32,000 nt of DNA from Mycobacterium tuberculosis H37Rv (GTDB lineage Bacteria; Actinomycetota; Actinomycetes; Mycobacteriales; Mycobacteriaceae). The stretch is taken from assembly GCF_000195955.2 (NCBI RefSeq), contig NC_000962.3:270001-302000 (forward strand), in the 5' to 3' direction. Below are positions 26,809 through 32,000 of this stretch, piece by piece. The notes below the pieces were generated by a model. It searched no databases and was not told the DNA's origin. It was given only the letters and a program-made list of their open reading frames with translations. The position numbers and the translations under genes were made by a program. Numbering within the stretch: position 1 is the first letter of the stretch; every line of letters begins with the position of its first letter.

Positions 26809-28119
26809 GTGGCAAAAACGTCGCATCGGGTGAGCAGCGCCGATGGCATGAGTAAGCGTATTTTGCGTTTGATAATCGCGCAGAGCGGCTTCTATAGCGC
26901 CGCACTTCAGCTCGGGAATGTCTCGATCGTTCTACCGTTTGTGGTAGCCGAGCTCGACGCCGAATTGTGGATAGCGGCTCTTATTTTTCCTGCATTCACG
27001 GCCGGTGGGGCGATCGGGAATGTGGTCGCGCCGCCGGCGGTGGCCGCCGTTCCACGCCGTCACCGATTGTTCATTATTGTGTCCTGTTTGGCCGTCCTGG
27101 CTGGCGTCAATGCCTTGTGCGCAACCATCGGCAAAGGAAGCGTCGCTGGAATCCTATTGGTGGTCAATGTGACGCTGATCGGGGTCGTTTCGGCGATCTC
27201 CTTCGTCGCCTTCGCGGATCTGGTGGCGGCTATGCCATCAGGAACCGCCCGAGCCCGCATTCTTCTTACCGAGGTCGGAGTAGGGGCGGCTTTGACGGCC
27301 GTGGTGGCGGCGACGCTGTCATTCGTACCCGACCAACACCCATTAAGCAGGAACATTCACCTACTGTGGACGGCAGCCGTGGCAATGGCTATCTCGGCGG
27401 CCATATGCCGGGCATTGCCTCACCGGATCGTCCCCAGGGTCCATGCGGCGCCCGGTCTGCACAAACTCGTGTACGTCGGTTGGACGGCTATCCGAACCAA
27501 TGGTTGGTATCGTCGGTACCTGCTTGTGCAGGTACTCTTTGGCTCGGTCGTGCTCGGGTCCTCGTTCCACAGCATTCGCGTCGCCGCCGTACCCGGGGAC
27601 CAGCCCGACGAGGTCGTTGCCGTCGTCCTTTTCGTCTGCGTCGGACTCTTGGGTGGGATCGCGTTGTGGAACCGCGTCCGGGAGAGATTTGGCCTGGTCG
27701 GTTTGTTTGTCGGCAGTGCACTCGTTAGCATCGCCGCGGCAGTGCTATCCATCGCATTCGATTTGGCCGGAGCGTGGCCCAACGTCGTCGCCATCGGTCT
27801 GGTGATTGCACTGGTATCCATCGCCAATCAAAGCGTATTCACCGCAGGCCAACTGTGGATTGCCCGTGACGCCGAACCCGGCCTGCGAACATCCCTCATC
27901 TCCTTCGGCCAGCTCGTCATCAACGCAGGCTTAGTCGGTATGGGTTTGGCGCTGGGGTTGATTGCCCAGGATCACGATGCGGTGTGGCCGGTGATGATCG
28001 TTCTGCTGTTGAACCTGACGGCTGCCTACTCAGCGACGCGGTTCGCTCCAGCCAAGTCCGTGGATGTTCGTGGCTTGCCTCAGGTTTCGCGCACTTCCCG
28101 ACCTAAAACCGGGGGTTAG
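26809..28119 (+). CDS. Integral membrane protein, MFS-like transporter, 436 aa (Rv0246-like)
   Basis: GTG start at 26809 preceded by ggtggag. About 12 hydrophobic segments (VSIVLPFVVAELDAELWIAALIFPAFTAGGAIGNV..., LFIIVSCLAVLAGVNAL..., FASVVLGS...). Confidence 0.85.
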   Translation: MAKTSHRVSSADGMSKRILRLIIAQSGFYSAALQLGNVSIVLPFVVAELDAELWIAALIFPAFTAGGAIGNVVAPPAVAAVPRRHRLFIIVSCLAVLAGVNALCATIGKGSVAGILLVVNVTLIGVVSAISFVAFADLVAAMPSGTARARILLTEVGVGAALTAVVAATLSFVPDQHPLSRNIHLLWTAAVAMAISAAICRALPHRIVPRVHAAPGLHKLVYVGWTAIRTNGWYRRYLLVQVLFGSVVLGSSFHSIRVAAVPGDQPDEVVAVVLFVCVGLLGGIALWNRVRERFGLVGLFVGSALVSIAAAVLSIAFDLAGAWPNVVAIGLVIALVSIANQSVFTAGQLWIARDAEPGLRTSLISFGQLVINAGLVGMGLALGLIAQDHDAVWPVMIVLLLNLTAAYSATRFAPAKSVDVRGLPQVSRTSRPKTGG

Positions 28120-28862
28120 CGGCGAAACAGCTTGCTGCCCAGCCATACCACCGGATCATACTTGCGGTCGGCGACCCGTTCTTTCATCGGGATCAGGGCA
28201 TTGTCGGTGATCTTGATGTTTTCTGGGCACACTTCGGTGCAGCACTTGGTGATATTGCAGTAGCCCAGGCCGTGCTCTTCCTGTGCTTGGCTGCGTCGGT
28301 CCCGGGTGTCCAGCGGATGCATTTCGAGTTCGGCGATTCGCATCAGGAAGCGGGGGCCGGCGAACGCATCCTTGTTTTCCTCGTGATCGCGAACTACGTG
28401 GCAGACGTTTTGGCACAGGAAGCATTCAATGCACTTGCGGAACTCCTGCGAGCGTGCAACGTCGACTTGCGCCATTCGGTACTCGCTGGGCTGTAGCTCC
28501 TTGGGTGGCGCGAAAGACGGGATCTCGCGCGCTTTTTGGTAGTTGAACGAGACGTCGGTAACAAGATCGCGAATCACCGGAAACGTCCGCATTGGGGTGA
28601 CCGTGACGATCTCGTCCTCGTCGAATGTCGACATCCGCGTCATGCACATCAGTCGCGGTTTGCCGTTGATCTCGGCCGAGCAGGATCCGCACTTGCCAGC
28701 TTTGCAATTCCAGCGCACTGCGAGATCCGGTGTCTGCGTCTGTTGTAGACGGAGGATGACGTCCAGCACGACCTCGCCCTCGTTGACCTCCACGGTGAAT
28801 TCGCGGAGTTCGCCACAGCTTTCGTCTCCGCGCCACACCCGCATACTCGCGCTGTACGTCAT
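28116..28862 (-). CDS. Succinate dehydrogenase/fumarate reductase iron-sulfur subunit (Sdh1), 248 aa (Rv0247c-like)
   Basis: Cys clusters WNCKAGKCGSCSAEINGKPRLMC, CIECFLCQNVCHV and CNITKCCTEVCPENIK. Confidence 0.95.
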   Translation of the reverse strand: MTYSASMRVWRGDESCGELREFTVEVNEGEVVLDVILRLQQTQTPDLAVRWNCKAGKCGSCSAEINGKPRLMCMTRMSTFDEDEIVTVTPMRTFPVIRDLVTDVSFNYQKAREIPSFAPPKELQPSEYRMAQVDVARSQEFRKCIECFLCQNVCHVVRDHEENKDAFAGPRFLMRIAELEMHPLDTRDRRSQAQEEHGLGYCNITKCCTEVCPENIKITDNALIPMKERVADRKYDPVVWLGSKLFRR

Positions 28863-30803
28863 TTAGCCTCTCCGTCCTGGATGCTCGGCCAGCTCTTCGT
28901 CGGTGTAGTATTTCTCCAACTCCGAGATCTCGAAGAGCTCCAGCAAGTCGGGTCGCATGGGCGTTTGCAGCTGCTGGGTGACGTTGATGTGGCAGTTGGA
29001 GTCGCCGGACCCGCTGCCACCGGTGCCCATGGTTTCGGTGGCCCGGCATACCAGCAAGATCCTGCGCCAGTTGGGGTCCATACCGGGATGGTCGTCTCGG
29101 GTGTGGCCGCCTCGGCTTTCGGTGCGCTGTAGCGCAGCTCTGGCCACGCACTCGCTGACCAGCAACATGTTGCGCAGGTCGATGGACAGGTTCCAGCCCG
29201 GATTGTATTGACGGTGACCTTCGACGAGTACGTTGTGGTAGCGCGACCACAGCTCGGCCAAAAGAGTCAGCGCCCTGGATATTTCGTCGGCGTTGCGGAT
29301 GATACCGACCAGATCGTTCATCACGTACTGCAAGTCCATATGCAGCGCGTACGGATTCTCCGGCGCCGAGCCGTCTTTCGGTCCTTCGAAGGGGCTCAGC
29401 GCCTGCTGGGCCGCCGCATCGATAGCCTCCGCTGAAACCGCTGGCCGGCTGCTCAGTGCCCGTACGTAATCCGCTGCGCCCAGGCCGGCCCGCCGGCCGA
29501 ATACCAGCAGATCGGACAGCGAATTGCCGCCCAGCCGGTTGGAGCCGTGCATACCGCCGGCACACTCACCGGCAGCGAACAGGCCTGGCACCGTGGCGGC
29601 GCCGGTGTCCGCGTCTACTTCGACACCGCCCATCACGTAGTGACACGTCGGCCCGACTTCCATTGCCTGCGTTGTGATATCGACTTCAGCGAGCTCTTTG
29701 AACTGGTGATACATCGACGGCAATCGCCGTTTGATCTCGGCGGGTGTCAGCCGGGATGCGATGTCGAGGTAGACGCCGCCGTGCGGGGTACCGCGGCCGG
29801 CCTTGACCTCTGAGTTGATCGCGCGCGCGACCTCGTCGCGGGGCAGCAAGTCCGGGGTGCGTCGGGCCGAGTCGTTGTCCTTAAGCCACTGGTCGGCCTC
29901 TTCCTCCGTCTCGGCGTACTGGCCCTTGAACACCGGCGGAATGTAGTCGAACATGAAGCGAGAGTTCTCCGAGTTTTTGAGCACTCCGCCGTCGCCGCGA
30001 ACACCCTCAGTGACCAGAATTCCCTTGACACTGGGCGGCCACACCATGCCCGTCGGGTGGAACTGGACGAACTCCATGTTGATCAGCGTCGCCCCGGCCC
30101 GCAGTGCCAACGCGTGCCCGTCTCCGGTGTACTCCCAGGAGTTGGATGTCACCTTGAACGACTTGCCGATCCCGCCAGTGGCAAGCACCACCGCTGGCGC
30201 CTCGAACACGATGAACCGGCCGCTTTCCCGCCAGTAGCCGAAGGCTCCGGCGATCGCGCCTTGGTCCTTGAGCAGTTCGGTGATGGTGCATTCGGCGAAC
30301 ACTTTGATCCGCGCTTCGTAGTCGCCGAGCTCGGCGTGGTCCTCCTGCTGCAGCGAGACAACCTTTTGCTGCAGGGTGCGGATCAACTCCAGGCCGGTGC
30401 GGTCGCCGACGTGCGCCAGTCGCGGATAGGTGTGTCCGCCGAAGTTGCGCTGACTGATTCGGCCATCGTCGGTGCGGTCGAACAGCGCGCCGTAGGTCTC
30501 CAACTCCCAGACCCGGTCCGGCGCCTCCTTGGCGTGCAGCTCGGCCATACGCCAGTTGTTCAGGAACTTTCCACCGCGCATCGTGTCGCCGAAGTGAGTC
30601 TTCCAATTGTCCTTCGGGTTGGCGTTGCCCATCGCGGCCGCGCAGCCGCCTTCGGCCATGACCGTGTGGGCCTTGCCGAATAGGGATTTGCACACGACGG
30701 CTACTTTCAAGCCGCGTTCCCGCGCCTCGATGACCGCGCGTAACCCCGCGCCGCCGGCACCGATCACGACTACGTCGTAGGAGTGCCGCTCGACCTCAAC
30801 CAT
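28863..30803 (-). CDS. Succinate dehydrogenase flavoprotein subunit (Sdh1), 646 aa (Rv0248c-like)
   Basis: VVIGAGGAGLRAVIEARERGLKVAVV, KSLFGKAHTVMAEGGCAAAMGN, QFHPTG and LFAAGECAGGMHGSNRLGGNSLSDLLVFGRRAG. Confidence 0.96.
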   Translation of the reverse strand: MVEVERHSYDVVVIGAGGAGLRAVIEARERGLKVAVVCKSLFGKAHTVMAEGGCAAAMGNANPKDNWKTHFGDTMRGGKFLNNWRMAELHAKEAPDRVWELETYGALFDRTDDGRISQRNFGGHTYPRLAHVGDRTGLELIRTLQQKVVSLQQEDHAELGDYEARIKVFAECTITELLKDQGAIAGAFGYWRESGRFIVFEAPAVVLATGGIGKSFKVTSNSWEYTGDGHALALRAGATLINMEFVQFHPTGMVWPPSVKGILVTEGVRGDGGVLKNSENSRFMFDYIPPVFKGQYAETEEEADQWLKDNDSARRTPDLLPRDEVARAINSEVKAGRGTPHGGVYLDIASRLTPAEIKRRLPSMYHQFKELAEVDITTQAMEVGPTCHYVMGGVEVDADTGAATVPGLFAAGECAGGMHGSNRLGGNSLSDLLVFGRRAGLGAADYVRALSSRPAVSAEAIDAAAQQALSPFEGPKDGSAPENPYALHMDLQYVMNDLVGIIRNADEISRALTLLAELWSRYHNVLVEGHRQYNPGWNLSIDLRNMLLVSECVARAALQRTESRGGHTRDDHPGMDPNWRRILLVCRATETMGTGGSGSGDSNCHINVTQQLQTPMRPDLLELFEISELEKYYTDEELAEHPGRRG

Positions 30804-30833
30804 AAAACCTCGCTCAGCTTCTGAAACGATCCT

Positions 30834-31655
30834 TCAGCCAATAAATCTGAGATCTGTGATGCTGCCACTGGCCACCAGCATGATGTAGAAATCGGTGAGC
30901 GCCAGGGTCCCCAGCGTGATCCACGCGAATTGCATGTGTCGGGTATTGAGCTTGCTGACCTGTGTCCAGATCCAGTATCGCACTGGGTGCTTGGAGAAAT
31001 GCTTGAGCCGACCGCCGGTGGCGTGCCGGCACGAATGGCACGAGATGGTGTATGCCCACAGCAGAACCACATTGATCGTCAAAATGACATTGCCCAAACC
31101 GAAGCCGAATCCGGACGGCGAGTGAAATGCCGCGATCGCGTCATAGGTGTTGATCAGCGACACCACCACCGCGATATAGAAGAAATACCGGTGGGTGTTC
31201 TGGACGATCAGCGGAAGCCGGGTTTCACCGGTGTAATGAGCCCGCGGCTCGGGCACTGCGCAGCTTGTCGGCGACTGCCATACCGACCGGTAGTAGGCCT
31301 TGCGGTAATAATAGCAGGTGAGCCGGAATCCAAGCAGGAACGGTAATACCATCGCTCCCAACGGAATCCACCCTGGAAAATGCCCGAACCAGACGCCGAG
31401 ATGACTGGCGCCGGGCTGGCAGGACGCGCTGACGCACGGCGAGTAGAACGGCGTCAGGTAATGATATTTTTCCACCCAGTATTGGCTGCCCCAGAACGCC
31501 CGAGTGGTCGCATAGCAGATGAACGCCAAAAGACCGAGGTTGGTCAGCAGCGGTGGCAACCACCAGAGGTCGGTGCGAAGCGTCCGTTCTGGGATTTGTG
31601 CGCGGGTGGGTGTGAAAACGCCGATCGCAGGACGGTTCGCCGTGGGTGCGCTCAT
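30834..31655 (-). CDS. Succinate dehydrogenase membrane-anchor subunit (Sdh1), 273 aa (Rv0249c-like)
   Basis: Multi-TM protein directly upstream of the flavoprotein gene in the same orientation. Contains CHSCRH in ...TISCHSCRHATGGRLKHFSKHPVRYWIW... Confidence 0.9.
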   Translation of the reverse strand: MSAPTANRPAIGVFTPTRAQIPERTLRTDLWWLPPLLTNLGLLAFICYATTRAFWGSQYWVEKYHYLTPFYSPCVSASCQPGASHLGVWFGHFPGWIPLGAMVLPFLLGFRLTCYYYRKAYYRSVWQSPTSCAVPEPRAHYTGETRLPLIVQNTHRYFFYIAVVVSLINTYDAIAAFHSPSGFGFGLGNVILTINVVLLWAYTISCHSCRHATGGRLKHFSKHPVRYWIWTQVSKLNTRHMQFAWITLGTLALTDFYIMLVASGSITDLRFIG

Positions 31656-31734
31656 CTAATGTGATCCTCTTCGCGTGTTATCTCGTCGAAGGGTACACAG
31701 AGAACGGCCCCCTTTTTCTGGGGGGCTCGGTTGT

Positions 31735-32000
31735 TCAGTACCTGTGACCTCCGACACCCTCATCGTCGACATCGCGCCAAAATTCGCGATCGTACTCGGT
31801 GTCGGGGATGGCGATTTTCTCGCTGGGTTGCGGTACGGCGGCCCGTTCCAGGTCTAATTCAGAGACGTCGGTGTCGAGCAATTCGATGTCGGTGAGGATC
31901 CGGTCGGCATCGATCACGATGCGACGCGTTGCCGGGTTGTCGCCGAATCGCGCCTTCAGTGCGGTCACGCACCGCCGCAGTCCGCCGACGAGGTCGTGCA
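31735..32000 (-). CDS. Small conserved hypothetical protein (Rv0250c-like), N-terminus probably beyond the window's right edge
   Basis: 77-aa ORF MTALKARFGDNPATRRIVIDADRILTDIELLDTDVSELDLERAAVPQPSEKIAIPDTEYDREFWRDVDDEG from 31968. The frame appears open to the window end, and I recall the annotated protein as longer (about 97 aa). Confidence 0.6.
   Translation of the reverse strand, partial: HDLVGGLRRCVTALKARFGDNPATRRIVIDADRILTDIELLDTDVSELDLERAAVPQPSEKIAIPDTEYDREFWRDVDDEGVGGHRY

Noticed and set aside
26581-26826. 81-aa (and overlapping 93-aa) minus-strand ORFs in the Rv0245-Rv0246 gap
   Set aside because: No domain, no convincing RBS and an unnatural composition; it overlaps the start of the MFS gene. 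Not supported as coding without expression data.

Overview
High-GC actinobacterial chromosome. Protein sequences and gene order match the Mycobacterium tuberculosis complex, the H37Rv region Rv0226c to Rv0250c. From memory, window position n corresponds to roughly H37Rv 270000+n; I ran no database search. Contents: a membrane-protein/LmcA-like (DUF3068) pair; an acyltransferase; a compact VapBC toxin-antitoxin pair partly hidden inside a longer mis-started ORF; a phosphotriesterase-like lactonase; fadE4; a TetR regulator coupled to an R2lox (nrdB-like) gene; an arabinogalactan-linked cluster (Rv0236A, aftD, an LMF-like membrane protein, gabD1); lpqI; a TetR regulator; vapBC24; the lipid genes htdX/fabG4/fadA2/fadE5; a flavin reductase; an MFS-like protein; and the Sdh1 operon. 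I see no mobile element, prophage, CRISPR array, tRNA or rRNA. I do not see a convincing previously undescribed multi-gene system. The most interesting content is small-scale: a SigF-promoter/sRNA/intrinsic-terminator unit matching the known F6 sRNA between fadA2 and fadE5; a long perfect inverted repeat between nrdB and gabD1; TTAC-N6-GTAA palindromes shared by the fabG4/fadA2 and fadE5 promoter regions; a CHSCRH motif in the Sdh1 membrane subunit; and the VapBC re-annotation.
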